Source: Candidatus Omnitrophota bacterium (GTDB taxonomy: Bacteria; Omnitrophota; Gorgyraeia; Zapsychrales; Fredricksoniimonadaceae). From it: 64,000 nucleotides of DNA. The DNA lies in contig CAIOTT010000049.1 in the NCBI GenBank assembly GCA_903861305.1, forward strand, positions 88,246 to 152,245, written 5' to 3'. Positions 29,558 to 39,544 of the stretch are shown piece by piece. The notes beneath the pieces were generated by a model. That model searched no databases and was not told where the DNA came from. It worked only from the letters and a program-made list of their open reading frames with translations. Position 1 is the first letter of the stretch, and each line of letters begins with the position of its first letter. Made by a program: the position numbers and the translations under genes.

Positions 29558-29868
29558 CGCACCCAGATAATGCTGGGGACGTTCTGTTTTGCTTACGCAA
29601 ATGCAGGGCGGGCGAATAGAGCCACAGGGACGAACCCCTTCAGTGGGGGGTGAAACGGGCGATCTCTGCGCGGAGCAAGGCCAAATAGAGGAGAGATCCT
29701 GCTGCCATGAAAGTGGCCGGGATGCGGGGCTATCCGTCCCGTTATATCCTCGGGTAGGCCGCAAGAGTCCTGGAGGCAACTCCGGGAGTAAGTTGGATGG
29801 TCGTCCTTTCCGGTCAGCCGCAAGGCTCACCGAAAAGAACAGAACTCGGCTTATGTGGCGAGCGTTCA
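29486..29868 (+). ncRNA. rnpB: RNase P RNA (bacterial type A)
   Basis: The P4 strand GGAAAGTCCGAGCTCC starts at 29533. The 3' consensus is ...GAACAGAACTCGGCTTA. P1 pairing is agaacgcaagccacg (29486-29500) with tgtggcgagcgttc (29854-29867). Both ends are approximate to within ±10 nt. Confidence 0.8.
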
Positions 29869-29919
29869 GCAAAAAGTGAAAAAATGATTTTCTAAAGTTG
29901 AACAAACAAGGAGAAGTAG

Positions 29920-30669
29920 ATGTCAGGTCATTCAAAATGGGCAAAGATCAAGCATAAAAAAGGCGTCACGGATGCCAAGCGCGGGGCCGCATTCACCAAG
30001 ATAACCCGAGAGATCGTCACAGCGGCCAAAGAAGGCGGCGGGGACCCGGATGTCAATCCGCGTTTGCGCACGGCCATGCTGCGGGCGCGCGGGCTGGGGA
30101 TGCCGTCGACCAACGTCGAGAACGCGATCAAGAAGGGAACGGGCGATGTGGAAGGCGTTGTTTATGAATCATTCACGTTCGACGCTTACGGCCCGGGCGG
30201 CGTGGCGATCTTCATCGAAGGTTTGACGGACAACAAGAACCGCACAACGGCAGAAGTGCGCACGGCGCTGACCCGTAAGAACGGTGCTTTGGCATCGCCG
30301 GGTTCTACGGCGTATATTTTCAGCAAGAAGGGTTTGATCGAGGTCGAGACCAAGTCCATCGGCGAGGACGCGCTGATGGAGATCGTCCTGGACGCGGGGG
30401 CCGAAGACATGAAGGTCGAGGGGGATGTCTATGAAGTGACCACCGACCCGACATCGCTGGAACCTGTCAGGAAGGCGCTTGAGGCCAAGAAGATCGCCAT
30501 GAAATCGGCGGAAGTCACCATGATCCCGACGAACACCAAGAAGATCGCGGGGCAGGAAGCCAAGAATATCCTGGCGCTTATCGAAGCGCTTGAAGATAAC
30601 GAAGACGTCCAGAATGTCTACGCGAACTTTGATATTTCCGACGAAGACATGGCCGCGTTGGAAGAGTAA
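29920..30669 (+). CDS. yebC: YebC/PmpR family DNA-binding transcriptional regulator
   Basis: MSGHSKWAKIKHKKGVTDAKRGAAFTKITREI is the family N-terminus. Confidence 0.9.
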   Translation: MSGHSKWAKIKHKKGVTDAKRGAAFTKITREIVTAAKEGGGDPDVNPRLRTAMLRARGLGMPSTNVENAIKKGTGDVEGVVYESFTFDAYGPGGVAIFIEGLTDNKNRTTAEVRTALTRKNGALASPGSTAYIFSKKGLIEVETKSIGEDALMEIVLDAGAEDMKVEGDVYEVTTDPTSLEPVRKALEAKKIAMKSAEVTMIPTNTKKIAGQEAKNILALIEALEDNEDVQNVYANFDISDEDMAALEE

Positions 30670-30686
30670 AGCGGGTGGGGCAGCCG

Positions 30687-31166
30687 ATGCGGGTGATGGG
30701 GATCGATCCGGGGCTAAAGGCCACGGGATACGGTGTGGTCGAGCGCGGCCTTGACAGGCGCGTCAGAGCTTTAGAGGCCGGCACCATTGAACCGAACCCC
30801 CGCAACCCGCTGGCCGGCAAACTGGTGAAGATCCATCAACACCTCGGCGATATCCTCGATCGCCAGAAGCCTGATGTGGTTGTTCTTGAAAAACTTTACG
30901 CGCATTATGCGCATCCCATGACCGCGGTGGTGATGGGGCATGCGCGCGGTGTTATATGCCTGGTCTGCGCCCAGAGGGGTGTGGCGGTCATTGAAGAAAG
31001 CCCCAAGCGCGTGCGCAAGGCTGTTGTCGGCAATGGCAACGCATCCAAAGAGCAAACACGGCGCGTGGTGGCAAATTATTTGAAAATTGATCCGGCCAGT
31101 CTCACGCTTGACGCTTCAGACGCGCTGGCGCTCGCGTTGGCCCATGCCGGTCGGGGAAATCCATGA
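30687..31166 (+). CDS. ruvC: Crossover junction endodeoxyribonuclease RuvC
   Basis: MRVMGIDPGLKATGYGVVE is the RuvC N-terminus. The track's start at 30675 adds 4 residues. Confidence 0.85.
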   Translation: MRVMGIDPGLKATGYGVVERGLDRRVRALEAGTIEPNPRNPLAGKLVKIHQHLGDILDRQKPDVVVLEKLYAHYAHPMTAVVMGHARGVICLVCAQRGVAVIEESPKRVRKAVVGNGNASKEQTRRVVANYLKIDPASLTLDASDALALALAHAGRGNP

Positions 31167-31792
31167 TCTCCCGCCTTAAAGGAAAGGTCGTTGAAAAGAA
31201 GGACAATACCGTCATTGTCGAGGTCAACGGGCTCGGCTATGAGGTGTTCGTTCCTTCATCGGTCTTCCAGCGCCTGGATGCCGCCATGGATCCTGACGGC
31301 AATATTTCCCTCATGACGCACCATTATTTCCAGATGACGCCCAGCACGGCGACGCCGCTCCTGGTAGGGTTCCTGAACGAGCTCGAAAAGGATTTTTTTC
31401 TCCAGTTCATTTCCGTTTCCGGGATAGGGCCCAAGGCCGCGGTTCGGGCGCTCAACAGATCGATCGCCGAGATCGCGCGCGCGATCGATGAAGGGGATGC
31501 CGCGTTCCTGAAAACGCTCCCGGGCATAGGCCAGCAGAAGGCGAAGGATGTTATCGCGAAGCTGCAGGGCAAACTGGGGCGCTTCGGCCTTATCGGCGAC
31601 CAGGCTGTCAAGGAGTCGCCGGCCATCTCACGCCAGGTGTTCCAGCAGGAAGCTTTGGATGTGCTGGTGCAGTTGCAGTACAAGAAAGCGGAGGCGCTGG
31701 CCATGATCGCGGGGGCGCTGGCGCATAATAAAGATATCAACACGGCGGAAGAGCTGCTCAACGAGATTTACGCCGCATCGAGGAGGCCATGA
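31163..31792 (+). CDS. ruvA: Holliday junction branch migration protein RuvA
   Basis: MISRLKGKVVEKKDNTVIVEVNGLGYEVFVP is the RuvA N-terminus. The central region has HhH motifs (LPGIGQQKAKDVIAKL). Confidence 0.9.
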   Translation: MISRLKGKVVEKKDNTVIVEVNGLGYEVFVPSSVFQRLDAAMDPDGNISLMTHHYFQMTPSTATPLLVGFLNELEKDFFLQFISVSGIGPKAAVRALNRSIAEIARAIDEGDAAFLKTLPGIGQQKAKDVIAKLQGKLGRFGLIGDQAVKESPAISRQVFQQEALDVLVQLQYKKAEALAMIAGALAHNKDINTAEELLNEIYAASRRP

Positions 31793-32580
31793 TGGATCAA
31801 GGGCAGGCGGACCATTTGAAGGGCGCTGTCGAAGCGCTGTTGTTTGTGAGTGAAAAGCCCGTGACGGTCGAGCAGATCAAGGCCGTGATCGCGGGGTCGG
31901 CAGCGCAGGATATCAAGGCCGTGCTCGACCAGCTGAAGAATGATTATGACCTTGCCGCTTCGGGTACCGCGGCGCGCGGCATGACCGTTGTCGAGATCGC
32001 GGGCGGGTGGCAGATGCTCTCGAGTTCGCTTTTCGCGGAGTATGTCCGTGAATTCTATAAGACCCGGCACAAGGAAAAGCTTTCGCGCGCCGGGCTTGAG
32101 GTGTTGGCCATCATTGCCTACAAGCAGCCTGTGTCGCGCACAGATGTCGAGGTGATCCGCGGTGTCAATTCCGACGGGACGGTCATGCACCTGCTGAACA
32201 AGGGGCTTATCAAGATCGCGGGCCGCAAGGAAGTTCCCGGAAGGCCTTATGTGTACGGCACGACGAACCAGTTCCTGGAATATTTCGGCCTTCGCGCGCT
32301 TGAAGACCTTCCCCGGCTGGAGGATTTTCCCGCGCTCATGGCCAGGACGAACGAAGCGGGCCGTGAAGCCCCGCCCGCGGCGGATGCCCCGGAGGGCGCG
32401 CCGGTACCGGCGGACACCCAGGAAGAGATCGCCCGCGCGCAGACCCTCCTGGACATTGAAGAACTTGAGAAGCATACCAACGCGCTGTCCGCGGCTCCCG
32501 CGGATGAGGCGCTGGGAGAATCCAGCGGACAGTCAAGGGTTATGGAGGATGACAATGGACCTCAGCAAGCTTCGGCATAA
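31789..32580 (+). CDS. scpB: Segregation and condensation protein B
   Basis: LKGAVEALLFVSEKPVTVEQIKAVI is present, followed by winged-helix repeats. Confidence 0.8.
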   Translation: MMDQGQADHLKGAVEALLFVSEKPVTVEQIKAVIAGSAAQDIKAVLDQLKNDYDLAASGTAARGMTVVEIAGGWQMLSSSLFAEYVREFYKTRHKEKLSRAGLEVLAIIAYKQPVSRTDVEVIRGVNSDGTVMHLLNKGLIKIAGRKEVPGRPYVYGTTNQFLEYFGLRALEDLPRLEDFPALMARTNEAGREAPPAADAPEGAPVPADTQEEIARAQTLLDIEELEKHTNALSAAPADEALGESSGQSRVMEDDNGPQQASA

Positions 32581-33622
32581 TATCGACGCGATCGATGAAC
32601 GGATCGTCGATCTTCTCAATGACCGGGCCAAAGTCTCGCTGGAGATCGGCAAGCTCAAGGTCAAGGTCAATGGCGAGGTGTACGCTCCGGAGCGGGAACG
32701 CAAGGTCCTGGAGCATGTGCGCGCGCTGAACAAGGGCCCCATGGCGCCCTCAGCCTTTGATGCGATCTACCGGGAGATCATGTCATCGTCGATCTCCCTT
32801 GAAAAGCGGCTGCGCATTGCCTATCTGGGAGCGGAAGGATCAAATTCCCATTCCGCGGCTGTAAAGAAATTCGGTACCCAGCTGACCTATGTGGGCTGCG
32901 GCAGTATCGCGGAAGTTTTTAGGCGGGTGGAGGACGGGGATTGCGATCACGGTGTCGTGCCGATCGAGAATTCGGTCGAAGGCGCGGTGACCCCGACGGC
33001 AGACCTCCTGGTGGATTCTGACCTGCAAGTGTGCTCCCAGCTGACGCTGAAGATATCCCACGCCGTCATGGCGCAATGTTCCCTGGACAAGGTCCGCAAG
33101 ATATATTCCAATCCCCAGGTCCTGGCCCAGTGCCGCAACTGGCTTTTGGCCAATCTGCCGCCGGACCGGGTCAAGCAGGTGAGCGTCGCCTCGACCACGG
33201 ACGCGGCCAGGCTCGCGGCCGGTGAGAAGAATGCGGCAGCGCTGGCCTCGGCCGACTGCGCGCGCATTTACGGGCTGTCGATCATCAAAAGCAATGTTCA
33301 GGATATCGCCCATAACGCGACGAGGTTCTTTGTTATCGCCGGGAGGGACGCACGGCCGACAGGAAAGGACCGTACATCCATCGTCTTTTCGATCAAGGAC
33401 CGCGTGGGGGGGCTTTACGCGATGTTGGCGCCCTTTGCCAAGAACGGCATCAACCTGACCCGGATCGAGTCTCGTCCGATCAAGAAAAAGGCATGGGATT
33501 ATTATTTCTTTCTGGACCTCCAGGGCCATCGCGAGGACAAGAATGTCCATAAGGCCCTCGTGCAGCTGGAAGGTATGTGTAAATCATTGAAGATACTGGG
33601 ATCTTATCCCGAGGCCTTATGA
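32555..33622 (+). CDS. pheA: Bifunctional chorismate mutase / prephenate dehydratase
   Basis: CM domain LSKLRHNIDAIDERIVDLLNDRAKVSLEIGKLK. PDT domain RIAYLGAEGSNSHSAAVKKFG. C-terminal ACT domain. A GGAGG RBS lies at 32544-32548, and the inferred ATG at 32555 sits about 6 nt downstream. The track's start at 32249 adds an Arg-rich artefactual extension overlapping scpB. Confidence 0.85.
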   Translation: MDLSKLRHNIDAIDERIVDLLNDRAKVSLEIGKLKVKVNGEVYAPERERKVLEHVRALNKGPMAPSAFDAIYREIMSSSISLEKRLRIAYLGAEGSNSHSAAVKKFGTQLTYVGCGSIAEVFRRVEDGDCDHGVVPIENSVEGAVTPTADLLVDSDLQVCSQLTLKISHAVMAQCSLDKVRKIYSNPQVLAQCRNWLLANLPPDRVKQVSVASTTDAARLAAGEKNAAALASADCARIYGLSIIKSNVQDIAHNATRFFVIAGRDARPTGKDRTSIVFSIKDRVGGLYAMLAPFAKNGINLTRIESRPIKKKAWDYYFFLDLQGHREDKNVHKALVQLEGMCKSLKILGSYPEAL

Positions 33623-34713
33623 AAAACAGAGCGAACAAGAACATTCTCGGGATCAAGCCCTACATTCCCGGCAAGCCTATTGCCGAAGTGAAGCGTGCTT
33701 TCGGGTTAAAGCGCGTGATCAAGCTCGCGTCGAACGAAAACCCCTACGGGCCATCGCCGCGTGTTCTGGCGGCGATCGCGCGCGCGGCCAGGGATGTCAA
33801 CCGTTATCCTGACGGGAATTGCCATGAATTGCGTCAGGCTTTGGCCCGGCGCATGAAGGTCGCACCTGAGCAGCTGGTGTTCGGCTGCGGGTCAGATGAG
33901 GTGATCGTTCTGGCGCTGCGCGCGTTCGTGAACCCCGGGGACGAGGTGATCGTTGCCAAACCGTCGTTCCTGGTTTATTCGATCGCTTCCATCGCGGTCG
34001 GGGCCAAACTTGTCGAAGTGCCGCTCAAGGGGCTGCGTTATGACCTTGAAGCCATGAAGAAAGCTGTTACACCGAAGACCAAGATCGTTTTTATCGGGAA
34101 TCCTGATAATCCTTCGGGCCAATATATCTCAAAGGCTGACGTGGACGCGTTCCTTAAGGGTTTTCCCCAGGATGTGCTGGTATTCTTTGACGAAGCGTAT
34201 TTTGAATTCGTCACGGAAAAGGATTATCCGGATACGCTGGCGCTGCTCAGGAAGCGGGGTAATATCATTGTGTCCCGGACATTCTCCAAGCTGTTCGGCC
34301 TGGCGGGATTGCGTGTCGGTTACGGGGCTGCGAGCATCGAGGTTGCGGACCTGATGAACCGCGCGCGTGAGCCTTTTAACGTTACATCGATAGCCCAGGC
34401 CGCGGCGCTGGCCGCGCTCAAGGATGAGGCTCATTTCAGGAAGAGTCTCAAGGTGCTGACGCGCGAGAGGGACTTTGTCTGTGCCGAACTCGGCAAGCTC
34501 GGGGGGCGCGGCGTCGCTTACAGCAAAGGATGCACGAATTTTGTCCAGGTGCGCCTGCCGGGCGACAGCACCGCCACGGCGCTGGCCTTGATGAAGAAAG
34601 GCGTTATCGTGCGCGACATGAGCGTCTGGGGGCTTCAGCATTACATCCGTGTCACGATAGGGACTCCGGCAGAGAACAGGATGTTCCTGCGGGCGTTGAA
34701 AGAACTTGTTTGA
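33619..34713 (+). CDS. hisC: Histidinol-phosphate aminotransferase
   Basis: LGIKPYIPGKPIAEVKRAFGLKRVIKLASNENPYGPSP and the PLP-lysine region SRTFSKLFGLAGLRVGY are both present. Confidence 0.9.
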   Translation: MKNRANKNILGIKPYIPGKPIAEVKRAFGLKRVIKLASNENPYGPSPRVLAAIARAARDVNRYPDGNCHELRQALARRMKVAPEQLVFGCGSDEVIVLALRAFVNPGDEVIVAKPSFLVYSIASIAVGAKLVEVPLKGLRYDLEAMKKAVTPKTKIVFIGNPDNPSGQYISKADVDAFLKGFPQDVLVFFDEAYFEFVTEKDYPDTLALLRKRGNIIVSRTFSKLFGLAGLRVGYGAASIEVADLMNRAREPFNVTSIAQAAALAALKDEAHFRKSLKVLTRERDFVCAELGKLGGRGVAYSKGCTNFVQVRLPGDSTATALALMKKGVIVRDMSVWGLQHYIRVTIGTPAENRMFLRALKELV

Positions 34714-34755
34714 TCAGGGGAATTTAACGTACATTTTCAGGGAAGGGGACTTGTC

Positions 34756-35622
34756 ATGTTCCACAGGTTTATGTTCCGCCGGGCTGTTATCCTCGGCACG
34801 GGATTGCTGGGCGGTTCTTTCGCGCTCGCGTTGAAAAAGCACCGTCTCGCAGCGCAGGTTGTTGGCACGTCGCGCCAGGAGTCTTCACTGCGCCTGGCCC
34901 AGGAGATGAAGGTCATTGACGAGGGCACGCTGGATGTGAACAAGGCCATCCAGGGCGCGGACCTTGTTGTCCTGGCGGGTCCTGTCAAGGTCATCCTCGG
35001 GCAGATCCAGGATATTTCCAAGCATTTGCGCCGGGGCTGCATCGTGACCGACGTCGGCAGCACCAAGACCGCTATTGTCGAAGCAGCGGAGAAGCTTTTC
35101 CCGCCGCATGTCCTTTTTGTCGGGTCGCATCCCATGGCGGGGTCTGAAAAGAGCGGGGTCGCGCATGCCCGGGAGGATCTTTTCAAGGATTCGGTCTGCG
35201 TGATGACGCCGACGGAGAGGACCAACCGCATGGCCAGGGACAAGGTGAAGCATCTGTGGACGCTGTTCGGGGCGGAAGTCACGACCATGGAGCCCGCGGC
35301 ACATGACGAGGCCATGGCGTACGCGAGCCATCTGCCGCATCTGACCGCCTTTGCTTTGATGCGCGCGATACCCGAAGATCACCTGAAACACGGGGCCGCA
35401 GGGTTGAAGGACAGCACCCGCATTGCCGGATCTTCTGCACAAATGTGGGCTGACATCTGTTCTTCCAATTACCGCAATGTCCTTAAGGCGCTTGATGAGT
35501 CGGCAAAATCCCTTTCCGAGATCCGCAAGGCGGTCGTCGACCGGGATGAGGCGGCTCTCATGCAGCTTTTCAACCAGGCCAAGGCCAAACGTGAATCACT
35601 GGAGAAAAAAAGCCATGTCTGA
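34756..35622 (+). CDS. tyrA: Prephenate/arogenate dehydrogenase
   Basis: NAD-binding N-terminus AVILGTGLLGGSFALALKK. PDH-domain motif GSHPMAGSEKSG. Confidence 0.85.
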   Translation: MFHRFMFRRAVILGTGLLGGSFALALKKHRLAAQVVGTSRQESSLRLAQEMKVIDEGTLDVNKAIQGADLVVLAGPVKVILGQIQDISKHLRRGCIVTDVGSTKTAIVEAAEKLFPPHVLFVGSHPMAGSEKSGVAHAREDLFKDSVCVMTPTERTNRMARDKVKHLWTLFGAEVTTMEPAAHDEAMAYASHLPHLTAFALMRAIPEDHLKHGAAGLKDSTRIAGSSAQMWADICSSNYRNVLKALDESAKSLSEIRKAVVDRDEAALMQLFNQAKAKRESLEKKSHV

Positions 35623-36313
35623 TCCTTGTCAGCCCGAGCCATCGTTCCGTTCTATTGTTGTTATTGACGGGCCGGCCGGTGCAGGCAAGAGCACGGTGGC
35701 CAAGGGGCTCGCCAAAAAGCTTGGCGTGGCTTTTATGGATACCGGGGCCATGTACCGCGCGCTCACGGTCAAGGCGATCCGCCGCCGCGTGAAACTGGAC
35801 GATGAGCCCGCGCTTGCCGCGCTCGCTGCTGAAACACGCATAGAGCTCGTCAATGAGCCGGGCAAGGCCCTGAAGGTCCTTCTCGACGGTGAGGATGTGA
35901 GCGAGGCGATCCGTTCGGTCGAGGTGACCAACACGACGTTCTACGTGGCGCGCGCCGCGGCTGTGCGCCATATCATGGTGGCCTGGCAGCGGCAAATGGG
36001 GCAGCAACAGGCACTCGTCGGTGAAGGCCGGGACCTTGGCACTGTCGTGTTCCCGCAGGCGGAATTCAAGTTTTATCTGGATGCTGATTTTGCCGTCCGT
36101 TGCCAGCGGCGCATTGACGAGCTTCGGGCAAAGGGGCAAGCCGTTGATGAAGCAGCCCTGAAAAAAGACCTGGCCGACCGCGACCAGAAAGATTTCACCC
36201 GCAAGGTAGGCCCTTTGAAAAAGGCCGAGGATGCGGTCCTTATCGATTCGACGCGCATGAGCGCTGACCAGGTCATTGAAGCCCTGGCGCAACGTATCCA
36301 GAACAAAAAGTAA
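35615..36313 (+). CDS. cmk: Cytidylate kinase
   Basis: IVVIDGPAGAGKSTVAKGLAKKLGVAFMDTGAMYRALT. The inferred ATG at 35615 overlaps the tyrA stop. Confidence 0.9.
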   Translation: MSDPCQPEPSFRSIVVIDGPAGAGKSTVAKGLAKKLGVAFMDTGAMYRALTVKAIRRRVKLDDEPALAALAAETRIELVNEPGKALKVLLDGEDVSEAIRSVEVTNTTFYVARAAAVRHIMVAWQRQMGQQQALVGEGRDLGTVVFPQAEFKFYLDADFAVRCQRRIDELRAKGQAVDEAALKKDLADRDQKDFTRKVGPLKKAEDAVLIDSTRMSADQVIEALAQRIQNKK

Positions 36314-36340
36314 TTCTTCCGGAAAAGACCCTGATACAGC

Positions 36341-38131
36341 ATGGACCAGTCACGCATACGCAATTTTTCCATCATCGCGCACATTGATCACGGCAAGTCC
36401 ACCCTGGCGGACCGACTGATGCTCCATTGCGGCGCCATTGACGAGCGGAGTTTCAAGAACCAGCTCCTTGATGACATGGACCTGGAGCGCGAGCGCGGCA
36501 TTACCATCAAAGCCTCCGCCGTGCGCCTTACCTACAAAGCCAACGACGGGAAAGAATATCTTTTCAACCTCATCGATACGCCCGGCCACGTGGATTTCAC
36601 CTACGAGGTCGAAAAATCCCTCAAAGCCTGCGAAGGGGCTCTTCTTATCATTGACGCGTCGCAGGGTGTTGAGTCCCAGACGGTCGCGAATTACTTCCTC
36701 GCTATCAGTAACAATCTTGAGATCCTGCCGGTCATCAACAAGATCGACATCGCCAACATCGATCCCAACGAGGCGGCGCGGCAGTTCAAGGAGATCCTTA
36801 AATTCAAGGAAGAGGACATCCAGAGGGTTTCGGCCAAGGAAGGCCTTAACATTGACAAGCTTTTTGAGAAGATCGTGTCATTCATCCCGTCGCCTTACGG
36901 CGATCCGTCCAAGCCGTTGAAGGCGTTGATCTTTGACATGAAATATGACGTTTATAAGGGTGTGGTTATTTTTATCCGCGTCATTGACGGGAGGATCGCC
37001 ATCGGCACGCGCATCCGCCTGATGCATATGAACAAGGAGTTTACTGTCGAGGGGATGGGTTATTATACGCCGTTCGACGCCAAGACCAAAGAACTTGGCG
37101 CGGGCGAGGTCGGTTACATCAGCTGCAATGTGCGTGATCCCAAGGAAGTGCGCGTGGGCGATACGATCACCGACGTCGCCAATCCGTGCGCCGAGCCGCT
37201 GGAAGGCTACAGGCAGCTTAAGCCACTGGTTTTTTGCGGGGTTTATCCTGTGACCGCGGATGAGTACATGGAACTGCGCACGGCGATCGACAAATTGCGC
37301 CTGAGCGACCCCAGCTTCACGTATGAACCCGAGACATCGGAATCCTTCGGCCATGGCTTTCGCTGCGGCTTCCTGGGCCTGCTTCACATGGAAGTGGTGC
37401 AGGAGCGCCTGGAGCGCGAGTATAACCTTAACCTTGTTTTGACCACGCCTAACGTTGGGTACCGTTACGAGACCAAGGCGGGCGTCATGACGGATATCGA
37501 GAATCCTTCCCAGCTGCCGAACATGAGCGACGTGAAGTCCGTCGAGGAGCCGTACCTGAAGGTGTCGGTCCTCACACCTGTCAACTGCATGGACGCGGTG
37601 ATGGAGCTGGCCAAGCGCAAGCGCGGGGTCTACGTCAAGAGCGAATTCATTTCCGACCGCATGCGCGTGGTCTATGATATCCCGCTGGCCGAGGTCATTG
37701 TTGATTTCAACGACATGGTCAAGTCGGCGACGCGGGGTTACGGCTCCATTGATTACGAATTCACAGGCTACCGCGCGGCGCCGATCGCCAAGCTGGATAT
37801 CCTGATCAATGATGAGGCCTGCGACGCCTTCGCCTGCCTGGTCCACAAGGAACGGGCGTATGAAAAGGGCGCGGCTCTCTGCGAGAAGCTCAAAGAGCTG
37901 ATACCGGCGCAGCTTTTTGATATCCGCATCCAGGCGTCTTGCGACGGAAGGATCATCGCTTCATCGCGCATCAAGTCCATGGGCAAGAACGTGACAGCCA
38001 AATGTTACGGCGGCGATATTTCGCGAAAAAGGAAGTTGTGGGAGAAACAGAAAGAAGGCAAGAAGAAACTTAAACAGATCGGCCGTGTGGAAGTGCCTCA
38101 GGCGGCCTTCCTTGCCGCCCTCAAGATCTAA
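36341..38131 (+). CDS. lepA: Translation elongation factor 4
   Basis: IRNFSIIAHIDHGKSTLADRLM is the G-domain start. The LepA-specific C-terminal domain is present. Confidence 0.95.
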   Translation: MDQSRIRNFSIIAHIDHGKSTLADRLMLHCGAIDERSFKNQLLDDMDLERERGITIKASAVRLTYKANDGKEYLFNLIDTPGHVDFTYEVEKSLKACEGALLIIDASQGVESQTVANYFLAISNNLEILPVINKIDIANIDPNEAARQFKEILKFKEEDIQRVSAKEGLNIDKLFEKIVSFIPSPYGDPSKPLKALIFDMKYDVYKGVVIFIRVIDGRIAIGTRIRLMHMNKEFTVEGMGYYTPFDAKTKELGAGEVGYISCNVRDPKEVRVGDTITDVANPCAEPLEGYRQLKPLVFCGVYPVTADEYMELRTAIDKLRLSDPSFTYEPETSESFGHGFRCGFLGLLHMEVVQERLEREYNLNLVLTTPNVGYRYETKAGVMTDIENPSQLPNMSDVKSVEEPYLKVSVLTPVNCMDAVMELAKRKRGVYVKSEFISDRMRVVYDIPLAEVIVDFNDMVKSATRGYGSIDYEFTGYRAAPIAKLDILINDEACDAFACLVHKERAYEKGAALCEKLKELIPAQLFDIRIQASCDGRIIASSRIKSMGKNVTAKCYGGDISRKRKLWEKQKEGKKKLKQIGRVEVPQAAFLAALKI

Positions 38132-38139
38132 GGGGATGT

Positions 38140-38730
38140 ATGTTCAATAAATTCATGTCTGAAGAAACGCAAAAGGTCGTCTGGGAATGGGTCGAATCGC
38201 TGGTCGTGGCGTTCATCCTCGCCATGCTCATCCGCACATTCCTGATCCAGCCGTTCAAGATCCCCTCGGGGTCGATGCGCATGACGCTGGTGGAAGGCGA
38301 CCGGCTTTTTGTGAACAAGCTGGCCTATGGCCCGATGGTCCCGCTCACCTCATACCGTTTGCCCGGGTTCGTGAAGCCCCGGCGGGGGGATGTGGTGGTT
38401 TTCAAGTATCCGATCCAGCGGCAGAAGGATTTCATCAAGCGCCTTATCGCCTTGGGCGGCGAGACCGTGGAGATCAAGGACGGCAGGGTGTATATCAATG
38501 ACGTGCCCGTTGCCGACGGGGCGATCGCCGGGATCCATTATTACAATTACGGCACGTATGCCCAGCCCGGGAAAAAGATCACGGTGCCTCAGGGGCAGTA
38601 TTTTGTGATGGGCGATAACAGCGCCTCGAGCCATGACAGCCGTTACTGGGGGTTCGTTCCGGAGGAGCTGGTGGTGGGCAAGGCGGAGGTCCTTTTCTGG
38701 CCGCTTGACAGGATCAGATGGATAAAGTAG
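38140..38730 (+). CDS. lepB: Signal peptidase I
   Basis: Catalytic Ser box PSGSMRMTL. Lys box KRLIALGGETV. GDNSASSHDSRYWGFVP is present. Confidence 0.9.
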   Translation: MFNKFMSEETQKVVWEWVESLVVAFILAMLIRTFLIQPFKIPSGSMRMTLVEGDRLFVNKLAYGPMVPLTSYRLPGFVKPRRGDVVVFKYPIQRQKDFIKRLIALGGETVEIKDGRVYINDVPVADGAIAGIHYYNYGTYAQPGKKITVPQGQYFVMGDNSASSHDSRYWGFVPEELVVGKAEVLFWPLDRIRWIK

Positions 38731-38969
38731 CCCTGTTCCTTTTGTGTGCTGTCCTTGCGGCCGGCTGCGCGACGACGCGGCAGGCATCCCCAAGGCCAGA
38801 GACGATATCCGCGCAGGTTGAGGCGGCCCGGAAAGTTGTCGGCGCTTTGGCTCCGACGGCATCCAAAGACACAGTGGAAAAATATTCGCCCGTCACCGGC
38901 CGGCATTACAGCGGCGCGCTTGAGTTTGAACCAGGCACCGGGGTGAAGTTAATTCCGGTCGAGGAATAG
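38718..38969 (+). CDS. Small lipoprotein of unknown function
   Basis: 83 aa with a lipobox LAAGC at residues 14-18. Confidence 0.4.
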   Translation: MDKVALFLLCAVLAAGCATTRQASPRPETISAQVEAARKVVGALAPTASKDTVEKYSPVTGRHYSGALEFEPGTGVKLIPVEE

Positions 38970-38971
38970 CC

Positions 38972-39544
38972 GTGGCGCTCACCCTTGCCAACAAGATCAC
39001 GATCGCCCGTATCATGGCCGTGCCTCTCTTTATCGGGCTGATGCTTTACTATAAGCCGGGGCATGAGATTTATCGTTGGACGGCGTTGTCGGTGTATCTC
39101 CTGGCCGAGATCTCGGATGTGGTGGACGGGTATGTCGCGCGGCACTTTCGTCAGAAAACAAGGGCGGGTTCGATCCTGGACCCACTGGCGGACAAGGCGA
39201 TATTCATCAGCGCTCTTTTGTGCCTCTACCACGTCGGGAACGAGGCTGGATGGGATGTCCGCCTGCCATTGTGGCTTGTGGTGGCATTTATTGCCCGGGA
39301 TTTTATCCTTGTTTCAGGCGCACTTTTATTGCAGCTTGTGTGCGGCACATTCGAGATCGCATCCAATATCTGGGGGAAGGTGACGGCGTTCCTTCAGGCT
39401 GTATGCGTTATTGCTGTCTTTATTCAATGGCCCCTGGCGTTGGGGATGTGGCTTGCGGCATTGGCCGTGACCGTTGTTTCAGGTGTCATTTATATGATGG
39501 AAGGGATAAAAAGGTTGAACAATGGACATCATGACGTTCGTTAA
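38972..39544 (+). CDS. pgsA: CDP-diacylglycerol--glycerol-3-phosphate 3-phosphatidyltransferase (CDP-alcohol phosphatidyltransferase family)
   Basis: CDP-OH_P_transf motif DVVDGYVARHFRQKTRAGSILDPLADK. GTG start. Confidence 0.85.
   Translation: MALTLANKITIARIMAVPLFIGLMLYYKPGHEIYRWTALSVYLLAEISDVVDGYVARHFRQKTRAGSILDPLADKAIFISALLCLYHVGNEAGWDVRLPLWLVVAFIARDFILVSGALLLQLVCGTFEIASNIWGKVTAFLQAVCVIAVFIQWPLALGMWLAALAVTVVSGVIYMMEGIKRLNNGHHDVR

Noticed and set aside
32249-32554. A 100-aa Arg-rich N-terminal extension of the pheA ORF
   Set aside because: The extension is encoded out of frame over the scpB C-terminus and is compositionally artefactual. A GGAGG RBS and the chorismate-mutase N-terminus (MDLSKLRHNIDAIDERI) place the real start at about 32555.
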